From positions 75,245-139,244 of the IMG/VR virus record IMGVR_UViG_3300036802_000003: a stretch of 64,000 nucleotides of DNA. One strand, 5' to 3'. The translations under genes and the position numbers were made by a program. This stretch comes from a virus (lineage: Duplodnaviria; Caudoviricetes). Below, in pieces: positions 37,324 through 47,800 of this stretch. How positions within the stretch are numbered: position 1 is the stretch's first letter; every line of letters begins with the position of its first letter. The notes below the pieces were generated by a model, which did no database searches, had not been told where the DNA came from, and saw only the letters and a list, made by a program, of their open reading frames with translations.

Positions 37324-37506
37324 CTATTATGAAGGTGACTATGAATTGGTCATGGTAATTTGTGGGGGCATCCCCCTACCACCTTCTCCTATCATGGGCA
37401 TTAGCCCACCGTCTACTATCCCATTAAACGGTTTGAAACGGTCTGCCAACCATAGAATCTATTGTAGATTCAACAACTACTTGTAGGGGTCACTCCCTAC
37501 ATCCCT

Positions 37507-37578
37507 GGGGGTATAGTTTAACAGGTAAAACAGTGGTCTCCAAAACCACCGTCCTAGGTTCGAATCCTAGTACCCTCG
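37507..37578 (+). tRNA. tRNA-Trp (CCA)
   Basis: Full cloverleaf; GTGGT-CTCCAAA-ACCAC; CTAGG-TTCGAAT-CCTAG. Confidence 0.9.
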
Positions 37579-37589
37579 TTACCTACATT

Positions 37590-38330
37590 AACAGTAAGAG
37601 ACAGTAGACTGTCAGGGTTACAAACTAGACTAAGTGGCTTGTAGGTCAATGCCTAAGTCTTGTACCTGATTGGTGTAGCAGCAGCCACGATGACCACTAG
37701 ACCATAGCTGTTTTTGTAGGATTCACAGCATGTAAGAGTGTTGTATACTAACTATACTAAGTGTGGTTAGAAAGTCAAATTTTTAGCTTACTGGTGACGG
37801 AAAACACCAACAAGCACCCCACTAAAGGTAGGAAAGGTACCCTACACGCTAGTGCCTTTAGCATTAGTTACCAGAGATGCAGGATACACCGCCCTGCTTA
37901 GTGGAAGTCACTTTGCCAGTATGTACTGGCACTATCACATATCACAAAGATATGTTTGTAAATTTTATTAGCTCAATTAATCTTGAGTGCTAACACTAGG
38001 TAGAGCAGACTACCGAATATAAAAAGCATTCCACACTATCAAGCCAGATTGATAGACGCACATAGGGGGCGTACCTGTGGTCTTAAACGGGGGTAAAGGC
38101 AGACTGGTGAGTCCGATACCTCTGGGTTCCCTATTACTACATAATATTTTCCCCAAGGCTCTGCTAGATGACGGTTTCGATGTCCGTTACAAGTACAGGG
38201 AGTAGCTACCCTAGGAACGTATAAAATGGCAGCCTTCTAGTATCCCCCAGATTAGGGTTCGATTCCCTGTTACTACTTAACTAGTACTGGTCTAGCTAAC
38301 CGTGGAACGTGTAGTAATATCTTGGAGAAG
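37590..38330 (+). ncRNA. candidate large structured ncRNA
   Basis: About 700 nt without ORFs next to tRNAs; many hairpins; T-loop AGGG-TTCGATT-CCCT near the 3' end. Confidence 0.35.
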
Positions 38331-38544
38331 TCTTGGGGAAGGTATTATGTGTCTTCCCACATAGTAGCTTCACTGTACTGAAACTGGGACTACATCCCCA
38401 GATTTGTGTCCAGATGACTCAACTTTTGATACAATCTTGTCAACTGCGGTAGGGCTTGAACAACCCCTACCCCTCTTTATGTCTACAACATCACAGAATA
38501 CTCACACCTTAGATACTGATTTCGATTTTAAATCACAGGGGGTA

Positions 38545-40605
38545 ATGTATTTGAAACCACAAGTAGTTATTTACGGACTAGATTCCAGACCAGTTAACAC
38601 AGAGTTTGTTAAGAAGATTGCTGATATTGGTGGAGCTTTTGAGTTAGTTTTTGCTCCAGACTACCTAGTAGGGAAAGAACTAGTTGACTGGATTAAGGAA
38701 AATGTACCAGCAGTAAAAGAATTTATCTTCTCTATTGATGCTATTGCATATGGTGATTTAGTAAGCTCTAGGTACTACTATGATATCCAAGATGCTAATA
38801 ACAGACTCCATAACACTTTTGAGCCATTACGTGAAGCTTTTCCAAATATTCCTGTAACAGCCTTTAACAGCATACTACAGTTAGCACCAAACCCTACGTC
38901 AGAAGCAGGGCGTAAAGATGTTAATCTAATACGTGAGTGGCACATTAATAATGACCTAATAAACAATGACTTAATAGGTCAAGAAAGAAATGATGCTATT
39001 AACCGTAACATTCAAATAGAAAATGAAGTAAACCCAGACAAGTTCTGGAATTGGCAGAAAACAATAGACCGTAACTTAGAAATCAATAGAAAAATGCTAA
39101 GTTGGACGGATTTAGGATACATCAAAAAACTTGTATTCTTTGTAGATACCTCTAATAAGTATGGACATACAAGCCTGAATAGAAAGTATCTAGAGAAGAA
39201 AGTTGCTTCTTTACCATCTACTCTAGGTGGAAAAGTCCATTTCGTAGCAGGTGAATATGGAACATCTACTCTACTAGTAGGGGGATTACAACAGAAATAC
39301 TCTGGTATAGATTTGTCAATCAATATCTCTTATACAGACCCAGACCTAGAAAAGGAATGGATTGATATAAATGAGTCTCTTACTTTAAACGAAAGTATAG
39401 TAAACCATGCTGGTGCTATTGGCATTAGAACTAACTTTACTACTGATCCTAATGCAATCATTTATGCTCACACTCCTTATTCTAAGGATGATGAATTAAT
39501 TCGTCTTATACAGGAGAACGTGAGTAAAGCTATAGTAGTTGTTCCTAGTCAGTCTACAGGATTTATCTCTAGACTACAAAAGGAAGTAGACATTAGTAAG
39601 CTACTTGCTTTCTGTGGAACTGGTAACCCTGGCTCGCAGATTGGTATTGCTATGGGGCATGCAATTTCTAGATTGATTGCCTTGAAGACAGCCGTGTCTA
39701 ATGGTAACGGTGGGTTAGCAACGACAACTCACGTTGATATATTACTCAAGCAGTTCTCTAATGTAATCTATATGAAGAAGTTATTTGGGCATATCAATGA
39801 CTTTGCTCGCTCAAAAGGTGTTGAGATATTCCAGCTAAGTTCTATTGAGGAAGAATTATACGCTTACATAGATAAGCTCATGAGACCACGGGTTGTAAGC
39901 CTTTATGCCTCTAAGTTCCATCATAAGAAGATTGCAGTAGATGACGTGGTTAAGTATAACGTGCTGGATAGTAAGTTTACTGGTATCAGAATTCCTCTAA
40001 ATCACATTACAGAGGTGGATATGGAATCTAACTTAGATGTTAGAGTTAATGTACCTTTCTCTAAGGACTTTACGGATGTCCCTTCTAGTCACTGGGCTTA
40101 TAACTTTGTTATGACACTTCGTAAGTTAAAGGTATTCCCTACTGGAGACTATTTCTATCCAGACGCTCCAATGCTACGACATCAATTAGTGTCAACTATA
40201 TTCTCTTTATTTAAATTTGACACTAACATAACATCTATACCTAATCCTATGTTTAAGGATGTTCCTAACACTCATCCTCTGTATAAGGAGATTGTTATAA
40301 TCAATCATTTAGGTATAATGAAAGGTGCAGGAAATGGCACATTTGTACCAGACGGAGAACTAACTAGAGCGGATGTTGCAGTTGTATTATCAAACCTATT
40401 CTCTCTAAAAACAACTCTGAAACATGATAATGTACCAAACTATTTCAGTGACTCTGGAGTAGTTAGTTCAGCACAAGAGTCTATAAACTTTATAGCTCAT
40501 GTAGGAATTGCTTCTGTACCTGACAATAAGCTATTTAATCCAACTGGAACAGCAACTAAAGCTATGGTTGCTACCTTCCTTGGAAGATCACTAGAAGTAC
40601 TATAA
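38545..40605 (+). CDS. DUF4127-like domain + C-terminal S-layer homology (SLH) repeats
   Basis: LDSRP N-terminal motif; FTDVPSSHWA, FKDVP...GIMKG...F.PDGELTRA SLH repeats. Confidence 0.75.
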   Translation: MYLKPQVVIYGLDSRPVNTEFVKKIADIGGAFELVFAPDYLVGKELVDWIKENVPAVKEFIFSIDAIAYGDLVSSRYYYDIQDANNRLHNTFEPLREAFPNIPVTAFNSILQLAPNPTSEAGRKDVNLIREWHINNDLINNDLIGQERNDAINRNIQIENEVNPDKFWNWQKTIDRNLEINRKMLSWTDLGYIKKLVFFVDTSNKYGHTSLNRKYLEKKVASLPSTLGGKVHFVAGEYGTSTLLVGGLQQKYSGIDLSINISYTDPDLEKEWIDINESLTLNESIVNHAGAIGIRTNFTTDPNAIIYAHTPYSKDDELIRLIQENVSKAIVVVPSQSTGFISRLQKEVDISKLLAFCGTGNPGSQIGIAMGHAISRLIALKTAVSNGNGGLATTTHVDILLKQFSNVIYMKKLFGHINDFARSKGVEIFQLSSIEEELYAYIDKLMRPRVVSLYASKFHHKKIAVDDVVKYNVLDSKFTGIRIPLNHITEVDMESNLDVRVNVPFSKDFTDVPSSHWAYNFVMTLRKLKVFPTGDYFYPDAPMLRHQLVSTIFSLFKFDTNITSIPNPMFKDVPNTHPLYKEIVIINHLGIMKGAGNGTFVPDGELTRADVAVVLSNLFSLKTTLKHDNVPNYFSDSGVVSSAQESINFIAHVGIASVPDNKLFNPTGTATKAMVATFLGRSLEVL

Positions 40606-40706
40606 AAGAGTTAAAAACCCTAAGATACTAAATCTTAGGGTTTTTTCTATTATAAGGGGAAAACTCACATCCACTCGACTTTCTTTTATTAAAGGAGTGG
40701 TGATAG

Positions 40707-41615
40707 ATGAAGCACTGGGAACATACAGAAGTGGTAGACATGCCTGCGTACAAGGAGTTCTTGCAGTTTGGTACTCCTATTATACCTAGCACTCAATTAC
40801 CCTTCAATACAGCAGTTTACGTAGTTTGTGAAGGTGGCTCTAAGCAGTTAGAAGGTATCTATGACAAGACTGTCAATGGTATCAGACCTCTTAAAGACAC
40901 TAAAGCTCCAAACCGTGACCTAAGACTGTATAAAGATGCAATCCAATCAGAGAATATCACAGTACTAGCAGTGGATGGATTAATGGGAACAGGTAAGACA
41001 TCTACCATTGTTGAAGCATTAATTAAGAAGCATCTAAGTAATGTTCATTTACCAGACCACATATTTGATAGTGGTAACTGGAAACCAGACCCAGATGTAC
41101 ACAAGATACTCATCTCTAAGCCTGCTGTAAACGCTGGTGAAGAGGAATATGGTTTCTTACCTGGGGATATTAATGAGAAGATGATTCCTACTCTTCGTAA
41201 CTACACCCAATATTTTGATAGAAACCATCAAGCAGGTTTCCATAGTCTTAACAGAGCACAGTATGTAGAGGTACTACCTTTAGGATTCGTTCGTGGTATG
41301 GATGCAATGAATACTGACTTAGTAGTCGATGAATGTCAGAATACTAAAGAGTTAGTAACAATCGTATCTAGAAGGGCAGAGAATTCTAGAATATTTTTAA
41401 TAGGGGATACTTCTCCATTCCAAATAGACCTTAAAGGGAATACCCCAACTAAGAATGGTCTCAATGACATCATTGACCTCTTACAGGGAGCAGAATACTT
41501 CCAGTATATTGAAATGAAATCCCTAGAAAACATCGTCAGAAGTTACGAGGTAAGGGATTTAGTGAGAAGACTGTTTAAGAAGCATGGTGCTAACCCTCAA
41601 GAGTGGCGTTCTTAG
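40707..41615 (+). CDS. phoH: PhoH-family ATPase
   Basis: GLMGTGKT, GFLPGDINEK, FVRG, VVDECQN, GD..QID. Confidence 0.9.
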   Translation: MKHWEHTEVVDMPAYKEFLQFGTPIIPSTQLPFNTAVYVVCEGGSKQLEGIYDKTVNGIRPLKDTKAPNRDLRLYKDAIQSENITVLAVDGLMGTGKTSTIVEALIKKHLSNVHLPDHIFDSGNWKPDPDVHKILISKPAVNAGEEEYGFLPGDINEKMIPTLRNYTQYFDRNHQAGFHSLNRAQYVEVLPLGFVRGMDAMNTDLVVDECQNTKELVTIVSRRAENSRIFLIGDTSPFQIDLKGNTPTKNGLNDIIDLLQGAEYFQYIEMKSLENIVRSYEVRDLVRRLFKKHGANPQEWRS

Positions 41616-41683
41616 GTATTTCCAAGGTACACAAGGTGGAGTATTTGTTGCTCCACCTTATATTAATGTAAGGGGGACTACAC

Positions 41684-41866
41684 ATGGCTATGACAAAGGT
41701 TCAGCTAATTACAGGTATTATCTATACTGAAGAGCCTGCTGCTAAACTACGCTCATTCCTACAGGGTGGGGTTAAAACAGGAACATTCGTAGGGTATACT
41801 GATGAGAATAAGACTGATAAGGTTATCGTAGCGGTTCATGCAATGGAATATATTTTTGTTAAGTAA
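41684..41866 (+). CDS. hypothetical protein
   Basis: ORF with SD and terminator. Confidence 0.65.
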   Translation: MAMTKVQLITGIIYTEEPAAKLRSFLQGGVKTGTFVGYTDENKTDKVIVAVHAMEYIFVK

Positions 41867-41959
41867 GGGTCTCTAAAAAGAGACCTTTTCTTATGCAGGA
41901 GAGAGGTTTTGAGAATCTCTTTCTTTTAAGGTAAAAATCAAAGGAATGGAGAGATTCAC

Positions 41960-42538
41960 ATGACTTGTGAACGTGTAGCACCAAAGACTATTAGCTTAGT
42001 ACCAAAATCCTATAATAATCCTAGAACACTAAGAGGGACTTGGATTTACTCTCACCCTATTAAGCCAATGCCTTCCCACCCATTTGTACACAGACTTAGA
42101 GAAATGATAGCCTTAGGCAGACAGATGGGAGGATATCAGCAATTAAGATTTGATGCAATCACTAAATATCCTACTTTAACTAATAAGGTCAATTTAACCA
42201 TAGAACAAGTGGTGGAGGATATGATATTCATGAGGAAAATGAATTACATGGAGGGTTCTCTAACTCTAAGTGCCAGTGAGGACAATTTCTTAGCAGCAGC
42301 TAAGGAAGTAATAGATGCCCACTTTGCAAGCCAACACTACAAGTATATCAGGAGTGGAACGGTAGCTAATTTAAAGATTCTTACCACTAGTCCAGCTATA
42401 TACTGTATGACTTATGAGTTAAATAAACTATTAAATAAGGTAGTGCTCGGTGAAGGAAAATTGAGTGCGAGTGATGTATATAAAGTGTTAGGAATCATGG
42501 ACAAGAATTTTGAACGGTTACAGGGGGAATTGGAATGA
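41960..42538 (+). CDS. hypothetical protein
   Basis: ORF with SD. Confidence 0.7.
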   Translation: MTCERVAPKTISLVPKSYNNPRTLRGTWIYSHPIKPMPSHPFVHRLREMIALGRQMGGYQQLRFDAITKYPTLTNKVNLTIEQVVEDMIFMRKMNYMEGSLTLSASEDNFLAAAKEVIDAHFASQHYKYIRSGTVANLKILTTSPAIYCMTYELNKLLNKVVLGEGKLSASDVYKVLGIMDKNFERLQGELE

Positions 42539-42735
42539 TTACACTTTTAGTGTTATGTATAGGATTATTTTTAGGTGCAGGTGCAATTTTGGTGTTAACA
42601 GGTATACAAATAAAGGGAGACAGTGAGTACATTGTTAACTTTACAATCGTGTGTATTCTCTTCATAGTGTTCTGGTTGTCCCTTGGGGGTATAATTCAGA
42701 GCATAGTATATTTAATCACAGGGAGGTTTATATAA
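42535..42735 (+). CDS. small membrane protein
   Basis: Two TM segments. Confidence 0.65.
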   Translation: MITLLVLCIGLFLGAGAILVLTGIQIKGDSEYIVNFTIVCILFIVFWLSLGGIIQSIVYLITGRFI

Positions 42736-42950
42736 TGGCTTTTACGATTTTAAAATGGAATTCTAAGTACGGTGGAGACGCTAAGTTTGTGGTGAGAGAT
42801 GATGATACAGGTAAGCAGAGCTTATTTACTCCAGGTAGGGCACAGGACGTAATATTCACTAATACTGATATCTCTAATTCCCCAGAGATTAGTAAGTGGG
42901 AAGATTTTGGCAACGAAACAGTAGACAATCTTGAGGACGTAGCATTCTAA
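42735..42950 (+). CDS. hypothetical protein
   Basis: GGGAGG SD before MAFTILK. Confidence 0.65.
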   Translation: MAFTILKWNSKYGGDAKFVVRDDDTGKQSLFTPGRAQDVIFTNTDISNSPEISKWEDFGNETVDNLEDVAF

Positions 42951-43471
42951 TGAAGAATAGCTATGAGGTGAGAGGGGATGTAACTGCTATCTTTCTTAAG
43001 AAGAAGGATGGCACGGTTTTAGAGACTCTGATTGATACCTCTGATTTAGAATTTGTAGGTTCTATACGTGGAACATGGTATGCTAACTGGGATAAAACCA
43101 TACAAGGATATTATGTGAAAGCAGGAATCTCTAGAGATGGTACAGTGAAGAAGATACCCTTACACAGATTTATAATGGGTGAACCAAAAGGACTTACCAT
43201 AGACCATAGGAACCATGATACTCTTAATAACACTAAAAATAACCTAAGACCACTCACTTCCAAACAGAATCAACAAAATAGGAAGAGGGTTAGTAATAGG
43301 AACACTAGTGGAGAGCGTGGGGTTTCTTGGCACAAAAGAGACCAGAAATGGATAGGTCAGGTAGTAGTTGATGGAGTTAGGCATTGGATAGGTGGCTTCG
43401 AGGATAAGCAAGAGTGTATAGAAGCTGTCAGAAAGGCAAGAAAAGAGCTACTACCATATTCCACAAACTAG
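42950..43471 (+). CDS. HNH homing endonuclease with AP2-like domain
   Basis: LHRFIM...IDHRNHDTLNN..NNLR...N; TSGERGVSW. Confidence 0.9.
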   Translation: MKNSYEVRGDVTAIFLKKKDGTVLETLIDTSDLEFVGSIRGTWYANWDKTIQGYYVKAGISRDGTVKKIPLHRFIMGEPKGLTIDHRNHDTLNNTKNNLRPLTSKQNQQNRKRVSNRNTSGERGVSWHKRDQKWIGQVVVDGVRHWIGGFEDKQECIEAVRKARKELLPYSTN

Positions 43472-43535
43472 GTATAAGCAGAGCATAGACGCTCTGCTTA
43501 TTTTTATTTAAAGAGAAGTCTGGAGGTGGGTTAAA

Positions 43536-44849
43536 TTGGAACTAATAATAGACGTATCCAAGGCAAGAGTACTTAACACAGGTAAGCTAGTCAAACGTGC
43601 GGTACAGGTAAAAGGACAGGGTGGTAGAACATTCACTCGTATGCAATGGATAAATCCTGATAAAGGTAAACCAGTAATGGAGACATCACATGAAGGACAT
43701 GAAGACCCTCATGCACATAGAGTAGCTAGTATGAGTCCTGAACAGAAGCATTCTATGGTTAATCACTTTGTATCTAATAATAGGGATGAAGCGAATGACC
43801 TAGCAATGACTACAGGACAGAAGAGAGCACCTTATGTAGCAGACCATCAGGTTGCCCAGCACTTAATGGATCATGCACACAAGATACCCCATGAATACGT
43901 GAAAGACCACTTAGACAGTAAAGAGTCAAAGCCTAGTCTAAATGTAGTGGGAAGTGACCTTCCAGAGAAGGAAGTTAACAAGCGTATGGGTAAGGAAGGT
44001 AGCTTAGACTTGTCCAAACTCAATACAGGGGCTTCAATGTATGATGATGACATCTTTAAAGAAGATACAGAGTATGCCCAAGATGAAGGTCTTAACCCAG
44101 AGAAGGAATTTAGGCATGTATTCAAAGACGTTACTAAAGCTGGTATTGAGAATGTATTTTCTGACCCTAAGGGTAACTGGACTGCACAGGTATCAGGTTA
44201 TGACCTATTCCAGGATGGGGATAACGTGAACTGTGGCTTAAACATGACCCTATACGACAAGGATGGGGAGAAGATGGGACACATCATACGTTCAGCTTAC
44301 CATGATGCAGATGGTACTCTACAGATACACAATGATGAGATGGAGTTAAAGACACAGTATCATGGTAAAGGGGTAGCACAAACTATATACGACAGGTCTG
44401 AGCAATTATGGAGACACCTATCAGGTGGACATAAAGTAGAGATAAATCTGACAGCCAATATTAGTGTTGGTGCCTATGCGTGGTCTAAGAAAGGCTTTGA
44501 TTTTGCTAATGACAAGGAGTTAAAGATGGCTAGGGAAGAACTGAAACACTTCTGTAGAGGTAACGATATTAGTCTAGCGGATGTGCTCAAAAAGAGTGGA
44601 TACAAGGGTATAGATGACCTCAACCACTCATGGCAGTTCTCTACACTACAGAATGGTAAATCTTATGAACTTGACAAAGTTATAGACCCTAAATATAAAA
44701 AGGATGTTGAGGGTAGAGAAGGTCATTTTGGTAAGGCTTTCATGCTAGGCGGATTGGGTATATGGGACGGTAAAAAGACACTAAACGATGACCATTCTTC
44801 AGAAAAAGTAGGTGAAATACATGGCAGAGCAACTAAAAAGAACAGCTAG
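43536..44849 (+). CDS. tagged putative head-packaged protein with GNAT acetyltransferase-like domain
   Basis: N-terminal tag; ELKTQYHGKGVAQTIY motif A; paralog of 18275..20131. Confidence 0.6.
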   Translation: MELIIDVSKARVLNTGKLVKRAVQVKGQGGRTFTRMQWINPDKGKPVMETSHEGHEDPHAHRVASMSPEQKHSMVNHFVSNNRDEANDLAMTTGQKRAPYVADHQVAQHLMDHAHKIPHEYVKDHLDSKESKPSLNVVGSDLPEKEVNKRMGKEGSLDLSKLNTGASMYDDDIFKEDTEYAQDEGLNPEKEFRHVFKDVTKAGIENVFSDPKGNWTAQVSGYDLFQDGDNVNCGLNMTLYDKDGEKMGHIIRSAYHDADGTLQIHNDEMELKTQYHGKGVAQTIYDRSEQLWRHLSGGHKVEINLTANISVGAYAWSKKGFDFANDKELKMAREELKHFCRGNDISLADVLKKSGYKGIDDLNHSWQFSTLQNGKSYELDKVIDPKYKKDVEGREGHFGKAFMLGGLGIWDGKKTLNDDHSSEKVGEIHGRATKKNS

Positions 44850-47800
44850 AAAAGTACCTCCTTACCGTCACGGTAGAGAAGGTATGAGTAGTGAAGGTGA
44901 TGCTTGGATGCATCCAGAAGTGTTTGATGACGATTACGAACGAAAAACGAATTCTGACATAAGACGTTATATGGGTTCTCTGACGAAATCCAATCGTTTG
45001 GTTGTTGACATTAACAAGGCTGAAGCACCGAAAACTGGTAGGTCTTTGAATAGAGGAAAATTGGTCAAGAGAGCGGTACAAGTAAAAGGGAAAGATGGTA
45101 AGATGTTCACTCGTATGCAATGGGTAGACCCGAATGATGACCACCAAATACAATCACACCCTCTACACCAAGAGCCTTCACTGGAGGGTACTAAGCCTAC
45201 TTCTTCTAAAGACCCTAGTGAGATGTCACGAGAAGAATACGTAGACCATCACGTTCGTAAGAAAATGTCTAAAGAAGAGAAGTACGATATGCTAGAGAAA
45301 CATGGTGTCGAGTGGAAGCGAAATAACCATGAAGCTATTGACCATAAGAATGCTGTAATGGCTCTTAAAAACCATCTATTAAAGAATCCTCACCTTATTG
45401 GTGCACACAACAATAAGGAAGCAAAGGATATTGAGAAGCCAATAACAGGTACAGATGATGAGAATGAGTTTTGGAATATGTGGGATAAGGCTGACAGAGA
45501 GGGTTCATATGAGCTTATGCGTAAGCTGGGTATCATCGACAAGGATGAGCAAGACCCTAGATTCGACCCTAATGTAAAGGAAAATATGAAGCCTATTAAA
45601 CATTTACTGAATGTTACTCGTTTGAAGAAGCATCTACGTGAGAATAGACATCTCATGACTGACCCTGAGTATCTTCCTACAAAGGATACAAATGCAACTA
45701 AGGCTGCTAAAAAGCAATTAGAAGATAAGAAACAAGGTATTAAGCCATCTCCTGCACAAGCAGGTGGTAATGATGTCCACACTATTTTAGCTAATATGCC
45801 AAGGGAACAGTTGTATAAGCTGATGAAGGATGCAGGTGTATCAGATGAAGACCCACTTATCACAGGAGATAAGATGGCAGGGGTTAAGCACCACCTTAAT
45901 ATGATTAAGTTCAAGAAGCACCTAGAACAACACCCTGAAATACTAACTCACAATCCTGATGGTTCTCTTACAGAAGGTGAGAAGGAACGTATTGCTTCCC
46001 TACCTGAAGAGGCTAAAGAACGTGACCGTATTAAGAGCTTTGTGTCTGATATGTCTCAAGAGGACGTAGAGGATGCACTAGACAAATACGCTGACCATGA
46101 TGCAGTTAAGAGCAGGATTAAATCTGACCATGAGGGTATTAACAGTATGCATGCAAAGGGTGCTCTAGTTAAAGTATTCTCTGAAGATAAGGAAAGAATG
46201 AAACCTTATCAAAAAGAGGTAAGTGCTGACAGACTAATGAAGATGCGTATTGGTAATAAGGTTATGGGTAAATTCCTACGTCATGCATTTGGCTTCAAGG
46301 GTATAGGAGACCTAAAAAGACCTGAAGACGATGAGTTCCGTACTACAGAGTGGCAATGGCATGGTAATGGTGGTAGTGGCTCTGCTATGATGGAGAAGAA
46401 CGATGATGGAGATGCAGTACTAACTGTTATAGACTATGGGGAAGATGGTCAAGGGTGGAACGAATTCCAAGTCCCTCTACAGGAGGTTAAGGACTTTGTA
46501 GACGATTTGAGAAAAGGGAACGAACAAAAGAAAAAGGTTGAGCAGAAGGAAGTTCCCCTACAGAAGAAGCCAGCAGACCAGATAGAAAAAGCCCTAAACG
46601 AGAGTTTCGAAAAGAACTACACTCCAGAGGTTGGAGAGGTCATGAAGTCCCACTTTACTAAACTGTGGAATAATGCAGACCGCTCTGGAAAGATTAGTGA
46701 CATCGTGAAGAAGTCTATGAATATGACTAAGGGTACTATGAGGAACTTACTTAAAGAATGGGGTGTTCCAGTCTCCCCTACAGGAGATATTATCAAGACT
46801 AATGACCCTAACTTCAAGTCCATGGTATTCAAGGATGAGATTCAGGATAAGAAGTCTAAGAGTGCTATGGATTACCTTAAAGCAGCAGACATAGGAGTAG
46901 ACCGCAAAGCTACACCTGATGCTCCCTATGACCCTTATGTACTACACGAATCAGCTAAGAACTGGACAGAAGGAGAGAAGGCACAGGCACGTAAGGAGCT
47001 ATTAAAGAATGCAATTCATGTTAAGACTGGTATCACACATGAAGACCATGACAAACGTATAGCAAAACTTACAGACCACCTTCACTCATCTACAACTCAT
47101 ATTCCATTTGACTTGATGAGTCACCTAATGGCAAATGGTATGAAAGTTAAGTTCTCTGATGTAGATGCTCACGGTAATGCTCATACAGGGGCTAACTATA
47201 ATGGTAAGGACAATGCTATTTATCTTGACTCTCAATACTATCATGATAAGTCTGTATTCAAAGACCACCCACATGACCACATACCAGAGAAGACAGAACA
47301 TCCTACTATCAAGGGAGCTAAATACGGTCACTGGAGTATAGGCGAGAATATGGTGCATGAATCTGCCCACGCTATTGACAGATTCCTAAGTGGTGGGGAT
47401 TCCTACTTAAACTGGGATAAAGGTCAAGGTACTACTTATGCTAAAGACCATTTAAATACTGTTCCTGAACATTATAAGAAGAAAGTTGAACAGTCTAACC
47501 CTGATAAGGAGATTAGATATAGCAAGGAAGGAAAGTATTTTTATGTTTTAGATGAGTGGATGTCCAACTATGAAGGACGTGTCTACGGGGAGTACCAAAA
47601 GCTAAATCCTGATTATGTTCACTCTGACAATGATACAGGTAAGATGTATGATAAGAAGTTCCAAGGTGTGGAAGGTATGCATGGTACTGAACACTGGGCT
47701 GAATCGGTAGCAGGTTATGGTAATGCTATTCACTCTTACCAACGTTGGAAAGATATGAATCCAGGTAATAAGTCTACATCCATGGATGAGTGGGCTGAAC

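Noticed and set aside
36619-37486. ORFs 36619..36861 and 37295..37486
   Set aside because: No SD; they overlap tRNA-like elements in a structured RNA region
37590-38330. tmRNA call
   Set aside because: A T-loop is present but no matching alanyl acceptor stem, CCA or tag ORF could be found by eye
38404-38544. N-terminal extension of the SLH protein
   Set aside because: TTG start without SD; AGGGGG SD precedes ATG 38545
42535-42735. Holin call for small TM proteins
   Set aside because: No endolysin nearby and no diagnostic motif
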